From an uncultured Gemmatimonadales bacterium (GTDB taxonomy: Bacteria > Gemmatimonadota > Gemmatimonadetes > Gemmatimonadales > GWC2-71-9), in contig CAWGED010000005.1 in the NCBI GenBank assembly GCA_963821525.1, forward strand, positions 64,001 to 128,000: a stretch of DNA of 64,000 nucleotides, given 5' to 3'. The position numbers and the translations under genes were made by a program. Position 1 is the first letter of the stretch; each line of letters opens with the position of its first letter. Below are positions 30,392 to 39,491 of this stretch, one piece after another. The notes under the pieces are model-generated. The model made no database searches. It saw only the letters and a list, made by a program, of their open reading frames with translations, and had not been told where the DNA came from.

Positions 30392-31897
30392 GTGAATAAG
30401 CCACCCATCCGTAGCATCCGCGGGGGCGAACCGCCCCTGCACGCTCCCAACGCCGCCCTTCTGATCGACTTCGACAACGTCACGCTCGGCATCCGTTCGG
30501 ACCTCACCAAAGAACTGAAGACGCTGGTCAGCAGCGACCTCATCAAGGGGAAGGTCGCGGTCCAGCGGGCGTACGCGGACTGGCGGCGCTATCCGCAGTA
30601 CATCGTCCCGCTGTCGGAGTCATCGATCGACCTCATCTTCGCGCCGGCTTTCGGGACCAACAAGAAGAACGCGACCGACATCCGGCTCGCGATCGACGCC
30701 ATCGAGCTGGTCTTTACTCGTCCTGAGATAGGCACATTCATCCTGCTCTCGGGTGACAGCGACTTCTCGATGCTGGTGATCAAACTGAAGGAGTACGGGA
30801 AGTACGTGATCGGCGTCGGGATCCGGGAGTCGGCCAGCGACCTCCTGATCCAGAACTGCGACGAGTACTACAGCTACAGCGACCTCGCGGGACTCACCAA
30901 GGAGACCGACATCCCGTCGACCCAGCGGGATCCATGGGCGCTGGTCAAGGATGCTGTCGCGATGATGGCGCAGAACCACGACGTGATGCGCTCGGACCGG
31001 CTCAAGCAGGTCATGCAGCAGATCGACCCGAACTTCGACGAGAAGAACGCGGGCTTCAACCGGTTCAGCAAGTTCGTGGTGGAAGCCGGGCAGAAGGGCC
31101 TGCTCCGCGTGAGCAAGATGGACAACGGCCAGTATGAGGTCGCCCCGCTTGCCGAAGCAGCTGCGCCTGCGGCGCCGGCGACGGAAGCAGTCGCTCCCAA
31201 TGGCGAACGCCCTGGTCGCGGTCGGGGACGGGGAAGGGGACGCGGACGAGGCGGGCGGCGGGACGAGCCCAGGTCGACTGCGGAGCCATCGCCTGTGCCT
31301 GTGTCTGCTCCTGCACCCGCGGCTCGTACCAACGGTCTTACGCTCGCGAGTGCCTTCGACCTCATGCGCCGTGCCCTGTCTGAGCTGCCGCGGCCGGTAG
31401 AGCATGAGTCCCTTCGCCTGAGGATGGCGGCGCTGAACGGCCGGATGGACCCGCTGATCGAGCCCGCGCGCTTCCACCGGTTGCTTCGTCAGGCCCACGA
31501 TGCCGAAGTCGCCGACGTGAGAAAGATTGCCGATGACGAGTATGAAGTGCTCTCGCGGCCGTCCGAGGGCCAACCGCTGGTAACCGCCGAGCGTCCGATT
31601 CCCGAAGGCGCACAGGAGCAGGCCCAGCCGGGTGGCGGCCCGAGCAACGGGTCGGCCCGGGGGGGAGTTCGGTTCCGTCGGGGGTCCCGCCTTCCTGCAG
31701 CAAGCCGTGAGATCCCCATGGTTGGGGTTGTCAGTCTGGACGAGACTCCCACGACGCAGGAGCCAGCGGCGCCAGCGGTGAAGCCCGCCCGGCCCCGCCG
31801 AACAAGGTCCAAGGCAACTCCCGCAACGGAAGCGGAGGCACCTTCCCCGCCGCGCAAGAAGGCCAGCCGACCTCGAACCCGAAAGGCGGCGGAGTGA
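30392..31897 (+). CDS. NYN (LabA/DUF88) domain protein with OST-HTH/LOTUS-like domains and disordered RG-rich linker
   Basis: IDFDNV, KNATDIRLAIDA, SGDSDF; FDEKNAGFNRFSKFV. Confidence 0.88.
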   Translation: MNKPPIRSIRGGEPPLHAPNAALLIDFDNVTLGIRSDLTKELKTLVSSDLIKGKVAVQRAYADWRRYPQYIVPLSESSIDLIFAPAFGTNKKNATDIRLAIDAIELVFTRPEIGTFILLSGDSDFSMLVIKLKEYGKYVIGVGIRESASDLLIQNCDEYYSYSDLAGLTKETDIPSTQRDPWALVKDAVAMMAQNHDVMRSDRLKQVMQQIDPNFDEKNAGFNRFSKFVVEAGQKGLLRVSKMDNGQYEVAPLAEAAAPAAPATEAVAPNGERPGRGRGRGRGRGRGGRRDEPRSTAEPSPVPVSAPAPAARTNGLTLASAFDLMRRALSELPRPVEHESLRLRMAALNGRMDPLIEPARFHRLLRQAHDAEVADVRKIADDEYEVLSRPSEGQPLVTAERPIPEGAQEQAQPGGGPSNGSARGGVRFRRGSRLPAASREIPMVGVVSLDETPTTQEPAAPAVKPARPRRTRSKATPATEAEAPSPPRKKASRPRTRKAAE

Positions 31898-32535
31898 GCC
31901 GGATTCGACGGGCAGCCCCGCTGCCCGTCGCCTTTTTCAGGAGGGATACGATTGACGTCGCGCGTGAGCTACTGGGAGCGCGGCTGGTCTCGAGCCGTCG
32001 TGGAGTTCGCACTGTCGGACGGATCGTCGAGGTAGAGGCATATCTTGGCGCTGAGGATCCTGCCTCGCACGCATATGCCTATCGTCGCCACCGGCAGAAC
32101 GAGTCTCTCTACGGGCCCATCGGAAGCTGGTATGTGTATCTCTCCTACGGGATGCATTGGTGCGCCAATCTGGTAGCGGGACCGCCGGGCCTGGGGTCCG
32201 CGATCCTGATTCGAGCGCTGGAGCCGATGGAGGGACTGCCCGCAATGCGCCGTCGTCGAGGAGAGGTACCAGACCGGGCGCTATGCTCCGGACCCGGGCG
32301 GCTAACTCAGGCGATGGGGATTACCCGGGCGCTCGACGGCCACTCAATGCCCAAGGCCCCGATCGTGATCGTGCCGGGCGAGCCACCAGCCGAGGAGTCC
32401 ATTGCCACGACGCCTCGAATCGGACTCACCAAGGCCGCGGATTGGCCACTTCGTTTTGCGATCCGCGGCTCGCCATGGGTATCGGGGCCACGGATTCGCG
32501 AGTTACCAGCAAAGAAAAGCGGGGGCGATGGTTGA
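31894..32535 (+). CDS. mpg: DNA-3-methyladenine glycosylase (AAG/MPG family)
   Basis: GRIVEVEAY, YVYLSYGMHWCAN, LIRALEP, GPGRLTQA, TPRIG. Confidence 0.93.
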   Translation: MSRIRRAAPLPVAFFRRDTIDVARELLGARLVSSRRGVRTVGRIVEVEAYLGAEDPASHAYAYRRHRQNESLYGPIGSWYVYLSYGMHWCANLVAGPPGLGSAILIRALEPMEGLPAMRRRRGEVPDRALCSGPGRLTQAMGITRALDGHSMPKAPIVIVPGEPPAEESIATTPRIGLTKAADWPLRFAIRGSPWVSGPRIRELPAKKSGGDG

Positions 32536-32553
32536 TCGCCCCCGCTTCATTTT
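32511..32553. terminator. Bidirectional intrinsic terminator
   Basis: AAGCGGGGGCGAT-ggttg-ATCGCCCCCGCTT stem with A-rich and T-rich flanks, between convergent genes. Confidence 0.8.
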
Positions 32554-32569
32554 CAACGCTCAGGACTGA

Positions 32570-33235
32570 TTAGTACCCGCTGGTCACGTCCTCGCGAGCC
32601 GAACCGAGGCTGATCCGGATACCGCCGGCGAAGGCGAAGGAAGCGCCGGTCAGCAGTTTGCCCGAGCTCGGTCCCGTCATGACCTGGGCCTGGCCGAAGA
32701 GGGCGACTCCGCCAGCCTTGGCCTGCAAGCCGATGAGCCCGGTCCCGAATCCATAGCTGCCCAGCGAGTTGGCCACCGCGGTCAAGCTGTCCTTCTCAAC
32801 CTGGGTGACGGTGTTCTGGGGGTACTCGTTGCCAGTCTGAAGGATCCCGAGACCCACGCCCAGGAACGGCTGCAGATGGCCGCGAAGGGGGTAGGCGACG
32901 AGAATCGCCGAGTACTTGCGCAGATCGTTGAAGGTGACGCTCCGCACTCCGCCCGGGGCGCTGGGATCAGCAAACGAAGTCTTCTGATCCTGCGCGATGC
33001 CCTCATCGAACGAGAGCAGGAGGCCGGTCCGCCGAGCCATGATCAGGAAGTGCCCGCCGACCGAGGGGATAGCACCCTTGGTCTGATTGGGCGTCTCGAA
33101 GATGATGGTCCCGCCCTGGGGGCCGATATACCAACTAAAGGCGTCCCCACTCCTCTTCTCCTGAGCACCCAAGCTGGGCGACAGGGTAAGAGCGGCTAGC
33201 GCGACCACCGGGATGATGCGACTGAGCATGCGCAT
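32570..33235 (-). CDS. Outer-membrane beta-barrel-like exported protein
   Basis: AGGAGG RBS, signal peptide, amphipathic strands QPFLGVGLG and FAFAGGIRISLG. Confidence 0.65.
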   Translation of the reverse strand: MRMLSRIIPVVALAALTLSPSLGAQEKRSGDAFSWYIGPQGGTIIFETPNQTKGAIPSVGGHFLIMARRTGLLLSFDEGIAQDQKTSFADPSAPGGVRSVTFNDLRKYSAILVAYPLRGHLQPFLGVGLGILQTGNEYPQNTVTQVEKDSLTAVANSLGSYGFGTGLIGLQAKAGGVALFGQAQVMTGPSSGKLLTGASFAFAGGIRISLGSAREDVTSGY

Positions 33236-33465
33236 CACGATACCTCCTGGGATTTCGGCGGCACAGGGCAAGGGGGGGCAATCCGCCCCTTGCTGGCATC
33301 TTACTGGGCCCCAGAAATCGCTGATTCCTGATGCCCGGCTGATGCCCTAGATTATTTCGTTGTTTCGGCTTGGGCAACTAGGTTAATAAACTACTTGAAC
33401 TTTTGCCAGCCGACGATCTCTTGACACCACCGAACGGATACCGATACCGCTTAGTTGGTGACGCC

Positions 33466-34665
33466 TCACACTATCGCAAGGCGTCGGCCAACCTTCCGGA
33501 TGGCGTCCAAGGCCTGGTCCAGATCGGCCTTCGTGTGCGCGGCGGAAATCTGACATCGGATCCTGGCTTGGCCCTGCGGAACCACGGGATATCCGAACCC
33601 GGTTACGAAGACACCCTCCTCCAAGAGTTGACGGCTCATGTCGATCGCCCGAGCGGTTTCCCCTAGGATTACGGGGATAATGGGAGTCTCCCCGGGCAGG
33701 GGCTTGAAGCCTGACGCGAGAAGCTGTTCGCGGAAATAGCGGGAATTCTGGCGCAGATTCTCGACCAGCTCCGGGTGTTTTTCGAGGTATTGGATGCTGG
33801 CCAAAGCGCTGGCCGCGACCGTCGGGGGGAGGGCATTGGAGAAGAGCTGAGGTCTGGCGCGCTGCGTCAGATAGTCGCAGACCGCCTCGGTGGCCGCCGC
33901 GAAGCCACCCGCCGCCCCGCCCAGGGCCTTCCCCAGGGTGGAGGTGATGATGTCCACCTCTCCGACCATTCCGAAATGCTCAGGGGTCCCCCTGCCGGTC
34001 TTGCCCAGAACCCCGGTCCCATGTGAATCGTCCACCACGAGGGTGGCCCGATGGCGGCGGCAAATCTCGATGATGTCCGGTAATCGGGCGATGGCACCCT
34101 CCATCGAGAACACCCCATCGGTGATCACCATGCGGGTCCGGCGGTCCTTGGCGGCGGAGAGTTTCTCCTCCAGGTCGGTCATGTCGGCGTGCTTGTAGAC
34201 CGCGGTCTGACACCGGGTGATCGCCTTGGCGAGCCGCACCCCATCGATGATCGAGGCGTGGTTGAGCTGGTCGCTGATGACGATGTCTTCTTCGCCGAGG
34301 AGCGTTGCAGGCACTGCCTCATTGGCGTTCCAGCAGCTCACGAAGCTGAGCGAGGCGGCAGTCCCTACCAGCCGGGCGCAGCCGGCCTCCAATTCCCGGT
34401 GTACGGTGAACGTCCCACATATGAAGCGAACCGAGGCGGTACCGGCGCCATAGTGGTCGAGCGCAGCCTGCCCGGCCGCGACGACCTCGGGCTCGTTGCT
34501 CAGGCCCAGATAGTTGTTGGAGGAGAGCACGATGACTTCGCCGCGTCCTTCCATCCTGACGCGGGGTGCTTGCGGGCTCTCGATGTAGTTCAGGTGCTTG
34601 TAGACCCCGTCTCGGCGAAACTGGTCGAGCTCCGCCTCGATGCGGGAATCGAGCGGGGATTTCAT
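33466..34665 (-). CDS. kbl: Glycine C-acetyltransferase (2-amino-3-ketobutyrate CoA ligase)
   Basis: SSNNYLGL, SVRFICGT, NHASIIDG, DDSHG, TLGKALGG; coupled to tdh. Confidence 0.93.
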   Translation of the reverse strand: MKSPLDSRIEAELDQFRRDGVYKHLNYIESPQAPRVRMEGRGEVIVLSSNNYLGLSNEPEVVAAGQAALDHYGAGTASVRFICGTFTVHRELEAGCARLVGTAASLSFVSCWNANEAVPATLLGEEDIVISDQLNHASIIDGVRLAKAITRCQTAVYKHADMTDLEEKLSAAKDRRTRMVITDGVFSMEGAIARLPDIIEICRRHRATLVVDDSHGTGVLGKTGRGTPEHFGMVGEVDIITSTLGKALGGAAGGFAAATEAVCDYLTQRARPQLFSNALPPTVAASALASIQYLEKHPELVENLRQNSRYFREQLLASGFKPLPGETPIIPVILGETARAIDMSRQLLEEGVFVTGFGYPVVPQGQARIRCQISAAHTKADLDQALDAIRKVGRRLAIV

Positions 34666-35705
34666 GCGCCGATCTCCAGGATCACTTTACCGGCCTGGCC
34701 GTCCTTGATGACCTGAATTGCCTCCGCCATCCGATCCAGCCCGAAACGGTGGGTGATCACTGGGCGGGGGTCGAGCTGGCCCGAGCGTACCAATCGCCGC
34801 ATCACGTCCCAAGTCTCATACATGCGCCGCCCAGTCACGCCGTAGAGGGTGAGACCTTTGAAGATCACGTCGCGGGCGAAATCCACTTCGGTGGTCTTGC
34901 TCGGAGTGCCCAGCAGGTTGACCCGACCGCCGAGGCGGGCAGCGGCAAAGGCCTGCGCGTGGCCAGAGGGGTGGCCGCTCATTTCGCAGACCAGGTCTAC
35001 CCCATCCCCATCGGTCAGCTCCTTCACCCGGGCCACGACGTCATCCGACCCTGGATTGAGGGTGACGTGGGCGCCCATGACCCGGGCCAGCTCGAGCCGC
35101 CGGGAGTTGAAGTCGCTGGCGATGACAAGAGCGGCTCCTGCGGCTCGCGCGACACCTACGGCAAAGCACCCGATAGGCCCGCAGCCCAGAACAAGGACCC
35201 GGCTTCCAGCCACCATTCCGCCCTCGAGGACGGTGTGCACCGCGTTTCCGGTCGGGTCCATGATGGCGCCGACCTCGGTCGGAATTCCGTCCAGCTTCAT
35301 CACATTCGCAGCGGGCATCGCAATGAACTCGGCAAATGCCCCATCTCGATCTACTCCAATGATCTGGGTGCGCCGGCAGAGGTGGGCTTCACCGATTCGG
35401 CACTGGAGACAGTGTCCGCACACTATGTGGCCTTCGGCCGTCACCAGGTCGCCGGGCTTGAGCAATCCGGCTGAAGCAGCTTCTCGACCCAGCTTGGCGA
35501 CCTCGCCGGCAAACTCGTGGCCGATGACGACCGGCGGTTTGAGCCTCGCGCTGGCCCAGGCGTCCCATTCCCAAATGTGGAGGTCGGTCCCGCAGACACC
35601 GGCGTGGTGGACCTTGATCAGCACATCGCTCGGTCCGTACTCGGGGACCGGGACATCGCGCAGCTCCATTCCAGGGCCTGGGGCTGGCTTTACGAGGGCG
35701 CGCAT
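34662..35705 (-). CDS. tdh: L-threonine 3-dehydrogenase
   Basis: GVCGTDLHI, GHEFAG, EGHIVCGHCLQC, GVTGRRMYETW. Confidence 0.95.
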   Translation of the reverse strand: MRALVKPAPGPGMELRDVPVPEYGPSDVLIKVHHAGVCGTDLHIWEWDAWASARLKPPVVIGHEFAGEVAKLGREAASAGLLKPGDLVTAEGHIVCGHCLQCRIGEAHLCRRTQIIGVDRDGAFAEFIAMPAANVMKLDGIPTEVGAIMDPTGNAVHTVLEGGMVAGSRVLVLGCGPIGCFAVGVARAAGAALVIASDFNSRRLELARVMGAHVTLNPGSDDVVARVKELTDGDGVDLVCEMSGHPSGHAQAFAAARLGGRVNLLGTPSKTTEVDFARDVIFKGLTLYGVTGRRMYETWDVMRRLVRSGQLDPRPVITHRFGLDRMAEAIQVIKDGQAGKVILEIGA

Positions 35706-35711
35706 TGCTTG

Positions 35712-35829
35712 AGGTGTCAGGGTTCAGGGATCAGGTGTCAGGGATCAAAGGTCCCAGCTCGGCGACAGAATCGCCTCCCAAGTGGGAGGGCAAAGTAACC
35801 CTTCGCCTGAAACCTGACACCTGACCCCT
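35712..35829. repeat. Inverted pair of heptamer tandem arrays (AGGGATC/AGGTGTC vs CCTGACA)
   Basis: 5 units at 35712-35746, 3 units at 35806-35829, small internal hairpin CCTCCCA-ag-TGGGAGG. Confidence 0.85.
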
Positions 35830-36614
35830 CACAGGATTGACCGCGTCATCCCGCCGTCCACCGACAGCACCGTCCCCGTGATATAGCGGGCCGGCTCCGA
35901 GGCCAGGAACACAACGGCAGCGGCGAACTCGTCCGGAGTACCGATCCGGCGAATGGGGAGGCTTTCTCCCATGTCGGCCAGCACGCGATCGACCGGTCGG
36001 CCATCCTTACGCCCGCGAACCTCCGCCAGCTCACGGAGGCGATCGGTCTCGAACAGGCCCGGACAGAGAACATTGACCGTGATGCCCTCGGCGGCTACCT
36101 CGTCGGAGAGTGCCTTCGAAAAGCCGAGGACTCCGGCCCGGGCAGTAGTCGAGAGAATCAGGGCGGAGGAAGGCTGCCGTGCCGCGACGGAGGTCAGGCA
36201 CAGGATTCTGCCCCAGCGTTTGGCTCGCATATGAGCCACGGCCGAACGGCTCAAATGCACGGCCGAGAGCAGACTCGTGTCCAGCGCGGCCTGCCAAGCT
36301 GCCTCGTTGTGCGCTTCGAATGCCCCCGGTGAGGGCCCGCCGGAATTGCATAGCACGATGTCGGGGCCACCCATGGCCTGGTGGACACCGTTGACGAGGG
36401 CAGAGCACTCGGAGGCACGGCTCACGTCGGCGGGATAACTGCGTACTTCGCCGAGCGAGGAGAGTTGGGAGACTGCGCGGTCGAGCTTGGTTCGGTCCCG
36501 CCCGTTCAGGGCGACGCGGGCTCCTTCTCCCAGCAACCTCTCGGCGACGGCGTAGCCCAGCCCGCTCGAGCCTCCGCACACGAGAGCAACGCGTCCCCGC
36601 AGTCCCAGATCCAT
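35829..36614 (-). CDS. Short-chain dehydrogenase/reductase
   Basis: GGSSGLG, NSGG, ITVNVLCPG, YITGTVLSVDGG. Confidence 0.9.
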   Translation of the reverse strand: MDLGLRGRVALVCGGSSGLGYAVAERLLGEGARVALNGRDRTKLDRAVSQLSSLGEVRSYPADVSRASECSALVNGVHQAMGGPDIVLCNSGGPSPGAFEAHNEAAWQAALDTSLLSAVHLSRSAVAHMRAKRWGRILCLTSVAARQPSSALILSTTARAGVLGFSKALSDEVAAEGITVNVLCPGLFETDRLRELAEVRGRKDGRPVDRVLADMGESLPIRRIGTPDEFAAAVVFLASEPARYITGTVLSVDGGMTRSIL

Positions 36615-36632
36615 CGTCAGGCCCCCACGCTG

Positions 36633-38534
36633 CTACAGACCGTATTCCCCCCAACGGCGATCCACGAGACTCACCGTTGCCGGATCCATTTCCAGCGGCA
36701 AAGGGTAGCCCTCTTTCCACGTGGCGTCGATCCCGATCGGTCCGCGATAGACCGGCCGGGCTCCGATGAACTCTTGTCCCGTGAAGATCATGTCCCGCCC
36801 CGGATCGAACCGAGTAAAGATCCCCCAGAGGAGGCTCCACTCTTCGGAGAGATCGACGTCCTCGCTCACCGCAACGATGAAGCGAACCGGACCGAGGTCT
36901 TTCCAGGTCAGCAGTTTCTGGATTACATCGCGGGGATCCTGCTTCACGACTACCACGAGAAAGCCGCCTTCCAGCAGACGGTGGCGCACGACTCGACGGT
37001 CCATCGCCGCGGGGTTGGAGACGTCCCGGGGCGGGGACTCGGTCGTGAGGGCCTCACCGGTGGCATCGAGCACGAGCTTGCTTCCCACATGCATCCGGTA
37101 GGAGGTGTAGTCGAGGGTATCCAGCGGGGCGATCGGCAGCAGCAGCATTCGCTCGCCCGGCTCGAAGCGATACCAGAGCTCGCGGAGCAGCGTGTTGAAG
37201 TTGCGGGGATTCACGTCCTCCCGCACCATGATCGCCACCTTGGTGAGCGAGAGCTGTCCGGTGCCAAGCAGGCCTAACGCGGTCTTCAAGACTTCTTTGG
37301 GATGACGCTCCTTCAACGAGACGCCGAGGAGGTTGTGGAAGCTCGCGTTCTCGAAGGGATAGAGATCCACGATGTTGGGATTCACCAGACGGATGAGGGG
37401 TCCCACCATCTCGCCGACGGCGATCCCCATCGCCTTGTCCTCCTGGGGCGGTTTGCCGACGACGGTAGCGGGATAGATCGCATCGCGGCGACGGGTCACC
37501 CGCTCGACGTGGAATACGGGAAACTCGGAGGCCTCGGAGTAATGGCCGAAGTGATCGCCGAAGGGGCCTTCCATCCGGCGTTCGCCCGGTTTCACGTAGC
37601 CCTCGAGGATGAATTCGGCGTTGGCCGGAACCAGCAGCTCGTTGGACTGGGCTCGAACCAGCTGAGTCGCTTCGCCGCGGAAGAAACCGGCGAAACCCAG
37701 CTCGTCGAAGTCCTCGGGCAGCGGAAGGATCGCGGCCAGCATCAGGACGGGATCGCCGCCCAGGACGACTGCAGCCGGTAACCGCTGTCCCAGTCGCTCC
37801 GCCTCGTAGTGATGGGCCCTTCCACCCTTCATGCTCTGCCAGTGCATCCCGGTCTGGTCGGGACCGTACACCTGGAGCCGGTACAAGCCGTAATTCCGGC
37901 GCCTGGTCACCGGGTCCTGGGTGATGGTCGGGCCGAAAGTGATGAACGGTCCGCCATCCCGGGGCCAGCTGGTTACCGCAGGCAGCAGATCGAGCCGGGG
38001 GGCTTCGACCACCTCGTGAACCGGCGCCCGACTCACCACGCGAGGATGAAGGAACCGCGCACGCGACAGGACTCCCCTCGAATTCCACAGAGTCTTGAGC
38101 GACGGAGGATTGAGGCGGAGCAGGGTCTCGACGAGCTCCTGTCCGATCTGCTGCGGGTGCCGGCCCAGGGCGATCTCGATCCGCTCCATAGTGCCGTACA
38201 GGTTCATGACGAGCGGGAAGGAGCTGCCTTTCGGTCGCTCGAACAACAGGGCGGGGCCCTGGCGTCGAATGACCCGCTGCACGAGCTCGGAGGCCTCGAG
38301 CCGAGGATCCACTTCGGCGGTGATGCGGCGAAGCAGGCCGCGACGCTCCAGCGCCCCGATGAAGGAGCGGAGATCGGGGAAGGGAGGTCGGTCGCGGTGT
38401 GTCAGACGAGGAGGCGGTGTTGCGGAATTACGCCGTGGCGCCGCGGGATTGCCGGGTTGCCACTCGGAGTGATTCGGGTTCGGCTGGCTTGCTGACCAGC
38501 AGCCCGGCCGACTTGGCCTGGCGTCGCTTCTCAC
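36633..38534 (-). CDS. UbiD-family decarboxylase (menaquinone-pathway type); true start probably near 38400
   Basis: DLRSFIGAL, MNLYGT, NYGLYRLQ, EGPFGDHFG, GKPPQED, DTLD, GIDATWK. Confidence 0.88.
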   Translation of the reverse strand: MRSDARPSRPGCWSASQPNPNHSEWQPGNPAAPRRNSATPPPRLTHRDRPPFPDLRSFIGALERRGLLRRITAEVDPRLEASELVQRVIRRQGPALLFERPKGSSFPLVMNLYGTMERIEIALGRHPQQIGQELVETLLRLNPPSLKTLWNSRGVLSRARFLHPRVVSRAPVHEVVEAPRLDLLPAVTSWPRDGGPFITFGPTITQDPVTRRRNYGLYRLQVYGPDQTGMHWQSMKGGRAHHYEAERLGQRLPAAVVLGGDPVLMLAAILPLPEDFDELGFAGFFRGEATQLVRAQSNELLVPANAEFILEGYVKPGERRMEGPFGDHFGHYSEASEFPVFHVERVTRRRDAIYPATVVGKPPQEDKAMGIAVGEMVGPLIRLVNPNIVDLYPFENASFHNLLGVSLKERHPKEVLKTALGLLGTGQLSLTKVAIMVREDVNPRNFNTLLRELWYRFEPGERMLLLPIAPLDTLDYTSYRMHVGSKLVLDATGEALTTESPPRDVSNPAAMDRRVVRHRLLEGGFLVVVVKQDPRDVIQKLLTWKDLGPVRFIVAVSEDVDLSEEWSLLWGIFTRFDPGRDMIFTGQEFIGARPVYRGPIGIDATWKEGYPLPLEMDPATVSLVDRRWGEYGL

Positions 38535-39294
38535 CCGGCGCCGGTTCCCGATTCCAGCCGCTGTAGAACGAGACGAAAGCCGCCGGTGCCAGAGATCGGT
38601 TACTGGGGAGCACCAGGTGCGCGCCTCCGGGCTCGGTGTGATCCTGGAAGGTGAGCAGGACGTCTCGCCGCTCCCGAGGCGAGAGAGGCTCCAGAGTGCC
38701 CGTGTCCATCACCAGAACGTGAGCCCGCGCGATGACCTCCGTGGGCCAGCGGCCGGCCGGTGCGACGTAGGTAGTGCACCACTCGCTCAAGCCTTCCTCC
38801 GACACCCGTGATTCCACCTGATCCACGTAGGTCATGTCGCTGCCGATGTATAGGACCGAGACCTCGTGGGCCGCCAGCAGAAAAGCCAATGGTGTCGCAT
38901 CGGGGCCGATCACGACCGCCGTGTCCCCCTGCTCCATGCGGGGAAGGAACTGGAGCGGGCAGCGGCGATCGATACCCCAGTGGGTAGGCTCCCGCTGGGC
39001 GGCGCGCAGCTCCTTGAACTGGGAAAGCCATCGGCGATAGGAGGGAAGCCGAAGCCGGCGATTGATGAGCCGATCCACGCAGTCGGCCATGAGCACTTCA
39101 GTCAGCACGAACTGGGCTTCCTGCGTCGTACCCATCTCGGCAAACGCCTCGTTGGCGAGGTTCAACAACTCATTCCGCCGGAGGCCATTCTTGTAGTCTT
39201 CGATGCGTTGCAGGATGTATTCGTGGTACAACTGCTTGAGCGACGGCAGGGGCCGACGGGGGCGTTGCTGCTCGAGTTGCAGGGCGCTCAGCAT
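38428..39294 (-). CDS. Hypothetical protein (helical N-terminus, degenerate methyltransferase-like C-terminus)
   Basis: 288-aa ORF with typical codon bias, co-oriented with the operon; domain call is tentative. Confidence 0.6.
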   Translation of the reverse strand: MLSALQLEQQRPRRPLPSLKQLYHEYILQRIEDYKNGLRRNELLNLANEAFAEMGTTQEAQFVLTEVLMADCVDRLINRRLRLPSYRRWLSQFKELRAAQREPTHWGIDRRCPLQFLPRMEQGDTAVVIGPDATPLAFLLAAHEVSVLYIGSDMTYVDQVESRVSEEGLSEWCTTYVAPAGRWPTEVIARAHVLVMDTGTLEPLSPRERRDVLLTFQDHTEPGGAHLVLPSNRSLAPAAFVSFYSGWNREPAPGEKRRQAKSAGLLVSKPAEPESLRVATRQSRGATA

Positions 39295-39396
39295 AGCGCG
39301 CGTTCGACCACTTTGGCAGGTGAGTGGCTACAAGCTCATTGAGTATAAGGGGATAGTCAATAAGCAGTCCTTTGACGGTGGAGCGAGCGGGGAAAT

Positions 39397-39491
39397 GCCA
39401 TAAGCCTTAAGCCGTAAGCCTTGGGCCCCGCCAGCCCGAGTCCAGGCTAATGGCCTAAGGCTTTTGGCTTAAGGCTTTTGGCTTAAGGCTA
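39397..39491. repeat. Inverted pair of heptamer tandem arrays (GCCTTAA vs GGCTTAA/GGCTTTT)
   Basis: 4 units at 39397-39424, ~6.5 units at 39445-39491, overlapping the rlmI stop. Confidence 0.85.
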
